A stretch of 17,545 bases of DNA. Origin: Alteromonas naphthalenivorans. GTDB taxonomy: Bacteria; Babelota; Babeliae; Babelales; CAIQNR01. Numbering within the stretch: the first letter of the stretch is position 1; the number at the start of each line of letters is the position of its first letter. Where the stretch lies: assembly GCA_047631715.1 (NCBI GenBank), contig JBLICC010000018.1, positions 1 to 17,545 of the forward strand, read 5' to 3'. The position numbers were made by a program, and so were the translations under genes. The notes under the pieces are model-generated. The model had not been told where the DNA came from. It saw only the letters and a list, made by a program, of their open reading frames with translations, and made no database searches. Below, piece by piece: positions 9,147-16,940 of the stretch.

Positions 9147-9763
9147 TGAGCCACCATAGTTTTAAACGCATCAATGTCTTTCTTAAATACAACCCAATAC
9201 TGTGCATCAGATAACACATATGCATTAGGAGCATCTGTAAAAACAATACGTGCTGAAGGTATATTCAAGAATGATTTTGCCGTCAAAAGATCATTTGGCG
9301 TCATAAATACATTTACTTGTTTATTCTCCAACTTTGCTGTTTTAATCATTTCAAATGCTTGCTTAGTATTTGGTTTATCTCCTTGCAAAGACCAATCAAC
9401 TATAAGCAAACGATTATTCTCTAAAACTCCTTGTAATATATCTCTTACTACTGCATGACGAAGTTTTTTAGTTACTTTTAATGTTCGTGTACGTTGCTGT
9501 GGACCAAAAATGACACCACCACCACGCCATAAAGGAGACTTTACACTTCCTACACGAGCACGACCAGTTCCTTTTTGTCGCCATGGTTTTTTTGTAGAAG
9601 CTGTTACCTGACTACGAGTTTGACAACCAACAGTTCCCTGTCTCCAGTTGTGCAATAAACCACGTATAGCTTGTGCAAATGCTTCAGGAGGAAGTGTTGT
9701 ATCAGATTTTGTAATACCAAAATCTTTAACACCTAATGTTTGATTTTTTGAAGTTTGACTCAT
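9137..9763 (-). CDS. rplD: 50S ribosomal protein uL4
   Basis: RQGT and KKPWRQKGTGRARVGSVKSPLWRGGGVIFGP motifs. Confidence 0.99.
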   Translation of the reverse strand: MSQTSKNQTLGVKDFGITKSDTTLPPEAFAQAIRGLLHNWRQGTVGCQTRSQVTASTKKPWRQKGTGRARVGSVKSPLWRGGGVIFGPQQRTRTLKVTKKLRHAVVRDILQGVLENNRLLIVDWSLQGDKPNTKQAFEMIKTAKLENKQVNVFMTPNDLLTAKSFLNIPSARIVFTDAPNAYVLSDAQYWVVFKKDIDAFKTMVAQWT

Positions 9764-10383
9764 GCTCTACCTCTACGAACAAAAACTAATGAACCAGCTT
9801 TTCCTGGAATAGATCCTTTAATGACAATAGCATTATCATCTTTAAGAACTTTAACCACTTCCAGACCTTGCATCGTTCTTTTTTTAACACCCATATGACC
9901 AGGAAGTCCTTTACCCTTAATAACTTTACCACTTCGAGTTAAGCCACCAATAGCACCCGGAGTACGACCTTGCGTACAACCATGACTGCCACGACCACCC
10001 TTATAGTTATAACGTCTTACAACGCCGGCAAAACCATTACCTTTAGTCACACCAGAAACATCAACTGAATCGCCTTCGTTAAAAAGCGTATAAAAATCAG
10101 CTAACTTTCCAATTTCTAAACCGTCTACCGGTTCTTTAACTGGAATCTCTCGTACAAAAATAAAATAAGTTCTTTTTTCTTTGAGCCATTCAAGAGAAAA
10201 CTGTTCTTTTTCATAACGTTTTTTTACTTTTCCTACCTGTACAGCATGATATCCATCACGCTCTTGCGTTTTGACATCAGTAATATACCATGAAGATATA
10301 TCAATAACCGTTGCAGGTACTACCTTGTTGCCGGAAAAAAGTTGCGTCATGCCAATCTTTTTTCCCCAAAAACCACCTACCAT
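9760..10383 (-). CDS. rplC: 50S ribosomal protein uL3
   Basis: GKKIGMTQ, DGY.AVQ, G.TKG.GFAG, SHG, PGHMG and KGSIPG motifs. Confidence 0.99.
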   Translation of the reverse strand: MVGGFWGKKIGMTQLFSGNKVVPATVIDISSWYITDVKTQERDGYHAVQVGKVKKRYEKEQFSLEWLKEKRTYFIFVREIPVKEPVDGLEIGKLADFYTLFNEGDSVDVSGVTKGNGFAGVVRRYNYKGGRGSHGCTQGRTPGAIGGLTRSGKVIKGKGLPGHMGVKKRTMQGLEVVKVLKDDNAIVIKGSIPGKAGSLVFVRRGRA

Positions 10384-10401
10384 GAAGAGCCTTCCTTCAT
10401 T

Positions 10402-10707
10402 TTATTTAATCTCTAAATCGACACCAGACGAAATATTAAGTTTCGTCAGAGCGTCTATTGTTTGATCAGATGGAGAAACAATATCCAAAATACGACGATG
10501 AGTCGTTAATTCAAATTGCTCTCTTGATTTTTTATCTACATGTGGAGAACGCAAAACAGTGAAAATACGTCTTTTATTTGGCATAGGAACAGGACCAATT
10601 AACTCAGCCCCAGTTCTTTTTACTGTCAAACAAATAGCTTTTACTGCTTTATCGAGTAACTGATGATCATACGATTTAAGTGTTACGCGAATTTTTGGTT
10701 TTTTCAT
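10402..10707 (-). CDS. rpsJ: 30S ribosomal protein uS10
   Basis: [11 protein letters not shown] and [17 protein letters not shown] motifs. The ATG at 10707 is preferred to the track's TTG at 10722 (either is possible). Confidence 0.98.
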   Translation of the reverse strand: MKKPKIRVTLKSYDHQLLDKAVKAICLTVKRTGAELIGPVPMPNKRRIFTVLRSPHVDKKSREQFELTTHRRILDIVSPSDQTIDALTKLNISSGVDLEIK

Positions 10708-10724
10708 TTTTTTAATAACCAATC

Positions 10725-11909
10725 TTATTCTATAATTTGTGTAATAACACCAGAACCAACAGTTCTTCCACCTTCACGAATTGCAAAATGAAGATCTTTT
10801 TCCATTGCAATTGATTGAATCAACTCAATTGTAACAGTAACATCATCACCAGGCATTACCATTTCACGTCCTTCTTCTAATGTAACAATACCTGTTACAT
10901 CAGTTGTTCTGAAATAGAACTGAGGACGGTAACCATTGAAGAATGGGCTATGACGTCCACCTTCATCTTTTTTCAAAACATAAATTTGAGCTTTGAATTT
11001 TTTATGAGGAGTAATAGTTCCTGGTTTAGCAATAACCATACCACGCTCAATATCTTCCTTCTTCAGACCACGAAGCAGAAGACCTGCATTATCACCAGCT
11101 TGACCACTGTCTAATGTCTTTTTAAACATTTCAACACCAGTTACAATCGTTTTTAGTGACTTACCAAGGCCGATAACTTCAACCTCTTCACCAATTTTAA
11201 TTTTACCTTGTTCAATCTTACCTGTTGCTACAGTACCACGACCTGAAATAGTAAATACACCCTCAACCGGCATCAAGAAAGTCTTCTCAATATCACGAAT
11301 TGGTTCAGGTATTGACTCATCAACAGCTTTCATTAATTCATTAATCGCTTCTACTCCAGCAGCATCACCTTCAAGAGCTTTAAGAGCAGAACCTTTAATA
11401 ACAGGAATAGTATCACCAGGAAAATCATGTTTTTTTAACAAATCACGAATTTCTTCTTCAACCATTTCAATCATGTCTACATCGTCAACCATGTCAACTT
11501 TGTTCAAGAACACAACTAATGCTGGCACACCAATGTTTTTTGCCAACAAAATATGTTCATGAGTTTGAGGCATAGGACCATCTGCTGCAGATACAACCAA
11601 AATTGCACCATCCATTTGAGCCGCACCAGTAATCATATTTTTTACGTAATCAGCATGACCCGGACAGTCAACGTGCGAATAATGACGTTTTTCTGTTTCG
11701 TAAGGAACATGAGATGTAGAAATAGTAATACCACGAGCTTTTTCTTCTGGTGCTTTATCAATAGAAGAAAAATCGGTAAAGTTTGCAAGTCCTTTACCTG
11801 ACTGCACTTTAGTGATAGCTGCGGTTAACGTTGTTTTTCCATGATCAACGTGACCAATTGTTCCAATATTAACGTTTGGCTTTTTACGCTCAAAGATATC
11901 TTTTGCCAT
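10725..11909 (-). CDS. tuf: Elongation factor Tu
   Basis: 394 aa; [30 protein letters not shown] and [11 protein letters not shown] motifs. Confidence 0.99.
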   Translation of the reverse strand: MAKDIFERKKPNVNIGTIGHVDHGKTTLTAAITKVQSGKGLANFTDFSSIDKAPEEKARGITISTSHVPYETEKRHYSHVDCPGHADYVKNMITGAAQMDGAILVVSAADGPMPQTHEHILLAKNIGVPALVVFLNKVDMVDDVDMIEMVEEEIRDLLKKHDFPGDTIPVIKGSALKALEGDAAGVEAINELMKAVDESIPEPIRDIEKTFLMPVEGVFTISGRGTVATGKIEQGKIKIGEEVEVIGLGKSLKTIVTGVEMFKKTLDSGQAGDNAGLLLRGLKKEDIERGMVIAKPGTITPHKKFKAQIYVLKKDEGGRHSPFFNGYRPQFYFRTTDVTGIVTLEEGREMVMPGDDVTVTIELIQSIAMEKDLHFAIREGGRTVGSGVITQIIE

Positions 11910-11940
11910 AATGATTACTCCTGAAATTGCTATAATAGCG

Positions 11941-14010
11941 TTACTTATTTTTTCCTAAAACTTCTTCTTCTACATTTTTTGGCATTTCACGATAACACTC
12001 AAATTCCATTGAATAACTTGCACGCCCTTTACTCAAAGAACGCAACGTTGTAGAATATCCCCCCAGCATTTCTCCAAGAGGAACTTCTGCTTTAATAATC
12101 TGCGTGCTACCTTTTTCATCCATACCAAGAATTCTACCTCTACGAGAATTCAAGTCACCCATTACATCACCCATATATTCCTCGGGTGTCTCTACTTCAA
12201 CCTTCATAATCGGCTCTAATAAAACAGGACTTGCTTGTTTCATGCCAGACTTGAAAGCCATTGTTGCTGCAACCTTAAAAGCAATCTCAGAGGAATCAAC
12301 ATCATGGTATGATCCATCATACAGAGAAACTTTAACATCAACAACTGGATAGCCCCCAATTGCCCCATTATTAATGGACTCTTCTACGCCTTTTTGAACA
12401 CCTGGGATAAATTCACGAGGAATTGAACCACCAGTTACTTTATTTTCAAATTTAAAACCTTCACCACGCTCTAACGGCTCCATTTTCAACCATACGTGAC
12501 CATATTGCCCACGACCACCAGATTGCTTTACGTATTTACCTTCAACATTAACTGGCTTCTGAATAGTTTCTTTATAAGCCACTTGAAGTTTACCTGGAAC
12601 CACTTCTATTTTGTGTTCACGTTTTAAACGATCAACTTGCACTTCTAAATGCAATTCACCCATTCCTGCAATAACTGTTTGTCCTGTTTCTTCATTATAA
12701 GACAATTTGAAAGATGGATCTTCTTGCGTCATTTTACGCAATGCAAGAATCATTTTCTCGTAATCACCTTTTTCTTTTGGCTCAACAGATGAAGAAATAA
12801 CTGATGCTGGAATATCGATGTTTTCTAACAATATAGTTTTTTTAAGATCAGAAAGTGTATCACCAGTCTTAACATCTTTAACACCAACAAATGCCGCGAT
12901 ATCTCCTGCTTCAACTTTATCAATCTCTTCACGCTTATTAGAATGCATTCTAATTAAACGACTCACACGTTCTTTGTTACCAGTTGTAACATTTCTAACA
13001 TATGAACCAGAAGTTAAAGTTCCCGAATAAACACGAACAAATGACAATGTACCTACAAATGGATCAGTCATAATTTTAAAAGCAAGACCTGCAAACGGTT
13101 CCTTTGGATCCGCTTTACGTTCTTCTTCTTCTCCTGTGTCTGGATTTTCTCCAGTTACCGGAGGAACATCTAATGGAGATGGTAAATAGTCAATAACAGC
13201 GTCTAACATAGGCTGAACACCTTTGTTTTTAAACGCTGTACCGCAAAACGCTGGAAATACTTCTCTTTTAAGTACACCCTTACGCAACGCAGATTTGATT
13301 TCTTCAATTGATATTTCTTTTTCTTCGATAAACTTTTCTTCTAAAACTTCATCGAATTCTGCTGCTGCTTCAATAATTTTTGCACGCAAATCTTTAATTT
13401 GATCTGAATATTCAGCATCTGCATCTACCCAGTCAACATCAGAACCTGTATCATCTTTGTATTTAATCATTTTACCAGTTAATACATCGACAACACCTTC
13501 AAAACCTTCTGATTCACCTATAGGTATTTGCATTGCAACCGCATTACCACCTAAACGTTCTTTAACGTCTTTTACAACTTTAAAGAAGTCTGCACCAATA
13601 CGATCCATTTTATTTACAAAGATAATAGAAGGAACATCATAACGAGTAGCTTGACGCCATACTGTTTCTGATTGAGGCTGCACACCTGCAACACCACAAA
13701 ACACAGAAACCATACCATCTAGAACACGCAAAGAACGACCTACTTCAATAGTAAAGTCAACGTGACCAGGAGTATCGATAATGTTGATATGATAATCTCT
13801 CCAAAAACAAGTGGTTGCTGCTGACTGAATGGTAATACCACGCTCACGCTCTTGCTCCATCCAATCCATAACAGCTTCACCTTCATGAACCTCACCAATT
13901 TTGTGAGAAACTCCGGTATAGAACAAAATACGTTCTGTTACAGTTGTCTTACCCGCATCAATGTGGGCTGCAATTCCAATATTTCTATATTTTTTTAAAT
14001 CTGTTGCCAT
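11941..14010 (-). CDS. fusA: Elongation factor G
   Basis: 689 aa; [35 protein letters not shown] and [10 protein letters not shown] motifs. Confidence 0.99.
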   Translation of the reverse strand: MATDLKKYRNIGIAAHIDAGKTTVTERILFYTGVSHKIGEVHEGEAVMDWMEQERERGITIQSAATTCFWRDYHINIIDTPGHVDFTIEVGRSLRVLDGMVSVFCGVAGVQPQSETVWRQATRYDVPSIIFVNKMDRIGADFFKVVKDVKERLGGNAVAMQIPIGESEGFEGVVDVLTGKMIKYKDDTGSDVDWVDADAEYSDQIKDLRAKIIEAAAEFDEVLEEKFIEEKEISIEEIKSALRKGVLKREVFPAFCGTAFKNKGVQPMLDAVIDYLPSPLDVPPVTGENPDTGEEEERKADPKEPFAGLAFKIMTDPFVGTLSFVRVYSGTLTSGSYVRNVTTGNKERVSRLIRMHSNKREEIDKVEAGDIAAFVGVKDVKTGDTLSDLKKTILLENIDIPASVISSSVEPKEKGDYEKMILALRKMTQEDPSFKLSYNEETGQTVIAGMGELHLEVQVDRLKREHKIEVVPGKLQVAYKETIQKPVNVEGKYVKQSGGRGQYGHVWLKMEPLERGEGFKFENKVTGGSIPREFIPGVQKGVEESINNGAIGGYPVVDVKVSLYDGSYHDVDSSEIAFKVAATMAFKSGMKQASPVLLEPIMKVEVETPEEYMGDVMGDLNSRRGRILGMDEKGSTQIIKAEVPLGEMLGGYSTTLRSLSKGRASYSMEFECYREMPKNVEEEVLGKNK

Positions 14011-14025
14011 TTCCTAAACCCCTAA

Positions 14026-14508
14026 TTACCAAGCGTAGTGAGAAAAAGCTCTATTAGCTTCTGCCATGCGATGTACATCAGCTTTCTTTTTAACTGCTGT
14101 TCCACGACCCTCATTAGCCTCTAACAATTCTTGCGCTAAACGTAGGCCCATTGTTTTATCAGAACGACTTTTTGCAGCTTTAATAACCCAACGTATTGCT
14201 AATGCACGTGCTCTTTCTGGACGAACTTCAGCTGGAATTTGATAAACACTTCCACCAACACGACGCGGTCTTACTTCTACAGCAGGAACAACATTTTCGA
14301 ATGCACGATAAAATGTTTTTAATCCTTGCTCTTTGTCGCCATTACTTTGTTTAACCAAGACATCAATTGCGTCGTACATAATAGAGCGAGCAATGCTTTT
14401 TTTACCTTGATCCATAATCACATTAATAAACTTTTGAACCAATTCAGAGTTATATTTAAGATCAACTCCGATATCGCGTTTATAACTTACTGATTTCCTT
14501 CTTGGCAT
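14026..14508 (-). CDS. rpsG: 30S ribosomal protein uS7
   Basis: MPRR, GKKSIA, EVRPRRVGG and HRMAEANRAFSHY motifs. Confidence 0.99.
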   Translation of the reverse strand: MPRRKSVSYKRDIGVDLKYNSELVQKFINVIMDQGKKSIARSIMYDAIDVLVKQSNGDKEQGLKTFYRAFENVVPAVEVRPRRVGGSVYQIPAEVRPERARALAIRWVIKAAKSRSDKTMGLRLAQELLEANEGRGTAVKKKADVHRMAEANRAFSHYAW

Positions 14509-14519
14509 GTATCAAATCC

Positions 14520-14900
14520 TTACTTAGAACCTTTAGGTCGTTTTGTACCATATTTCGAACGCGATTGATTTCTATTTTCTACACCAGCTGTATCTAACGC
14601 ACCACGAACAATATGGTACTTAACACCCGGTAAATCTTTTACCTTACCACCCCGAATAAGCACTACAGAATGCTCTTGCAAGTTATGGCCTTCACCAGGA
14701 ATATAGGCAGTTACCTCAATTCCAGTGGAAAGTTTAACACGAGCTACTTTACGTAACGCCGAGTTAGGCTTTTTTGGTGTCGTTGTAAAAACACGGGTAC
14801 AAACACCACGCATTTGAGGACACCCTTTTAGAGCTGGGCTCTTTGACTTTTCTTTGATCTTTTTTCTTCCAAACCGGCAAAGCTGATTAATGGTAGGCAT
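14520..14900 (-). CDS. rpsL: 30S ribosomal protein uS12
   Basis: [26 protein letters not shown] and VKDLPGV motifs. Confidence 0.99.
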   Translation of the reverse strand: MPTINQLCRFGRKKIKEKSKSPALKGCPQMRGVCTRVFTTTPKKPNSALRKVARVKLSTGIEVTAYIPGEGHNLQEHSVVLIRGGKVKDLPGVKYHIVRGALDTAGVENRNQSRSKYGTKRPKGSK

Positions 14901-14942
14901 AGTGTGCTATTCCCAATAAAATAAACTAAAAATCTGTATAAG

Positions 14943-15033
14943 AAACCATGAACCCGTTCTAAAACGTTTAACCCCACATAATATGATATATATCTTTAAT
15001 CCAAGACAAACATGAGATTCAGCTCAAAGGTTT
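14943..15033 (-). ncRNA. Putative structured 5' leader RNA (three-way junction) of the rpsL superoperon
   Basis: Manual pairing of the minus-strand transcript gives nested helices P1, P2/P2b and P3 with several G-U pairs (details in findings). No family match could be run. Confidence 0.45.
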
Positions 15034-15040
15034 AATCGTT

Positions 15041-15068
15041 ATTGTACCGTTTTTCTATTTTTTTTCAA
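15041..15068 (-). promoter_or_regulatory. Putative sigma70 promoter for rpsL and the superoperon
   Basis: Minus strand TTGAAA (15068-15063), 16 nt, TACAAT (15046-15041); A-tract-rich sequence further upstream. Confidence 0.6.
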
Positions 15069-15190
15069 GAGGAATCACGCATAAAGAAAGCTAGTCATCA
15101 TTTTTTTTATCACTTTTACTATTTTTAGGCTTAATTTATAAAAACTTTTTTTAATTTTCCTTTCTACAAAACGTTTTTATTCCTAGGCCA

Positions 15191-15219
15191 TAGACGATTC
15201 TTAGATTCCCTGCTACCAT
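15191..15219 (+). promoter_or_regulatory. Putative sigma70 promoter for rseP
   Basis: TAGACG (15191-15196), 17 nt, TACCAT (15214-15219), with an extended -10 TG at 15211-15212; SD-like AGGGGAG before the ATG at 15268. Confidence 0.5.
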
Positions 15220-15267
15220 TTGTTTCATTATCTTATCATTTCAGCTTATTTATTATAGGGGAGTCAT

Positions 15268-16359
15268 ATGGGAATCGCTTCATCCATCAGTATACTTATT
15301 CAAAAACTACCATTTATTGCTCTAGGACTGACCGGTATCGGAACAGTTATGGCATTTCATGAATTTGGTCATTTTATCTTTGGAAAACTTTTCAATGTAC
15401 ACGTTCCTCAATTTTCTATTGGAATGGGCCCCAAACTTATAAGCAAAAAAATTGGTGAAACAACCTTTTCTCTTTCTCTTATTCCCGTAGGTGCTTATGT
15501 TGAATGTGGCAATGATCCTAAAGCCGCTGGATCAAAAGAACGAACCCTTTCTGCAAAAAGTTACTGGCAAAAAATGCTCATCGTATCTGGTGGCATCCTC
15601 TGCAACCTTATCTTTGCCTATTTTGTACTTGTAGGGCTCTTAATGTATGGCATACCCGCTAACCCTATTTTAGCTCAAGACAGTGCTTATTCAGTAGAAA
15701 AAGTACTTCCTGATTCTGCTGCCGAAAAAGGCGGTATTAAAGCTGGAGATAAAATAGTATCTGTTAATGGTATTGATGTAAGCCAAAATATCGGAGCGCT
15801 TTTAAAAACTGTCGGAAATTTACCAGACCAAAAAGCCTCTATGATTATTGAAAGAGATAATCATAAAAAAACAATTTCTATGACAGTTGGTTCAAAAATA
15901 GTTAAGAACCAAAAAACTGGATCCTTAGGGATTCAATTCTCTTTCCCTTCTATGCCAGCCATGGGATTAACAAAATCTCTCACAAAGGCAGCATCGATCG
16001 TTAGAAAGCTCTTTCTAAACACATTTAAAGGTATTTCTCAAGCATTTACTAAGCGTTCTGCAGAGAATTTTGCTGGACCGCTCATGATGATATCATTAAC
16101 AGCTGATAGCGCAGGCCAAGGAATGGGGCTATTCTTCTTATTTTTAGCTTTTATTTCTGTAGGACTCGCAGCACTTAATGCTATCCCGCTAGCCGTTCTT
16201 GATGGTGGACATGCACTTATATACACCATCGAAGCCATCATTGGCAAAGAAGTAAATGAAACATTCCAATTATACTTTCAGTATATAAGCGTTGCTCTTA
16301 TTGGAAGTCTTTTCTTATATCTTACGTTTAAAGACGTATTTTTATTATTTTTAAGTTAA
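15268..16359 (+). CDS. rseP: RseP-like site-2 intramembrane zinc metalloprotease (M50B) with one PDZ domain
   Basis: HEFGH zinc motif, FSIGMGP membrane-reentrant loop, PDZ-like VLPDSAAEKGGIKAGDKIVSVNG, and the C-terminal NAIPLAVLDGG third-ligand motif. Confidence 0.93.
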   Translation: MGIASSISILIQKLPFIALGLTGIGTVMAFHEFGHFIFGKLFNVHVPQFSIGMGPKLISKKIGETTFSLSLIPVGAYVECGNDPKAAGSKERTLSAKSYWQKMLIVSGGILCNLIFAYFVLVGLLMYGIPANPILAQDSAYSVEKVLPDSAAEKGGIKAGDKIVSVNGIDVSQNIGALLKTVGNLPDQKASMIIERDNHKKTISMTVGSKIVKNQKTGSLGIQFSFPSMPAMGLTKSLTKAASIVRKLFLNTFKGISQAFTKRSAENFAGPLMMISLTADSAGQGMGLFFLFLAFISVGLAALNAIPLAVLDGGHALIYTIEAIIGKEVNETFQLYFQYISVALIGSLFLYLTFKDVFLLFLS

Positions 16360-16367
16360 AATTAAGC

Positions 16368-16402
16368 AAAAAAATAGGGCTCGTTTGAGCCCTTATTTTT
16401 TT
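16368..16402. terminator. Bidirectional rho-independent terminator between convergent rseP and rplM
   Basis: A7-T-AGGGCTC-GTTT-GAGCCCT-TA-T7: a 7-bp stem (16376-16382 with 16387-16393) flanked by an A-run and a T-run, so it gives a U-tail on both strands. Confidence 0.88.
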
Positions 16403-16417
16403 AGCAATCTTTAGAGA

Positions 16418-16843
16418 TTACAAACCTAACTGTGCATCATGAGGATGTTCTGTTCCTGCATACAACTTTAAGTAACCTTCAATAATATTACTTAGTTTGT
16501 TTTTAGGAAGCATACCTTTTACAGCATGTTCAAGAATACGTGTTGGATGTTTCGCTAGAATTTCTTTTGCGGTCAACTCTTTTTTACCACCCATATAACC
16601 TGAGTAGCGAATATATATCTTATCTTCGAGTTTTTTTCCAGTTAACTTAATTTTGTCAGCATTAATAACTACTACGTAGTCACCACTTGCTGTTTGAGGA
16701 GTGTAAGTAGGCTTACCTTTACCTCGTAAAAGATCTGCAATTTCTGTTGCCAATCTTCCCAAAATTCTACCTTTAGCATCAATTAAATGCCATTTTGGCT
16801 CACGATCTTCTTTACGTAAAAAGAAAGCCTTATTCATATCCAT
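16418..16843 (-). CDS. rplM: 50S ribosomal protein uL13
   Basis: [44 protein letters not shown] and Y.G.EHPH.AQ motifs. Start set at the ATG at 16843 (AAGGA 7 nt upstream) rather than 16867. Confidence 0.98.
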   Translation of the reverse strand: MDMNKAFFLRKEDREPKWHLIDAKGRILGRLATEIADLLRGKGKPTYTPQTASGDYVVVINADKIKLTGKKLEDKIYIRYSGYMGGKKELTAKEILAKHPTRILEHAVKGMLPKNKLSNIIEGYLKLYAGTEHPHDAQLGL

Positions 16844-16911
16844 GAAATATTCCTTACTGTCTATCATCTTAAATTTTGTTTTTTATGTGAAAAAACGAAC
16901 GGATACCCCTT

Positions 16912-16940
16912 AAAGTACGGCAAAAAAGCTTTTTGGTCAA
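16912..16940 (-). promoter_or_regulatory. Putative sigma70 promoter for rplM
   Basis: Minus strand TTGACC (16940-16935, overlapping the upstream TGA stop), 17 nt, TACTTT (16917-16912). Confidence 0.55.

Noticed and set aside
172..13642. Short plus-strand ORFs in the track (172-444, 3623-3832, 5128-5310, 5887-6096, 6550-6735, 6955-7143, 8650-8832, 9174-9458, 10271-10465, 11553-11801, 12104-12352, 12818-13030, 13457-13642)
   Set aside because: All lie antisense to conserved genes, are 60-94 aa and have no recognisable motifs; they are typical shadow ORFs.
14926..15013. Tiny upstream ORFs in the rpsL leader (MFVLD*, MWG*, MVSYTDF*)
   Set aside because: No convincing SD and no regulatory codon runs; expected by chance.
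14943..15033. Leader element as tRNA, SRP RNA or 6S RNA
   Set aside because: No cloverleaf or T-loop, no SRP domain IV motif, and too short and branched for 6S.
14962..15177. Repeated palindrome AAACGTTT (14962-14969 and within 15168-15177)
   Set aside because: Short and AT-rich; two copies are not distinguishable from chance by eye.
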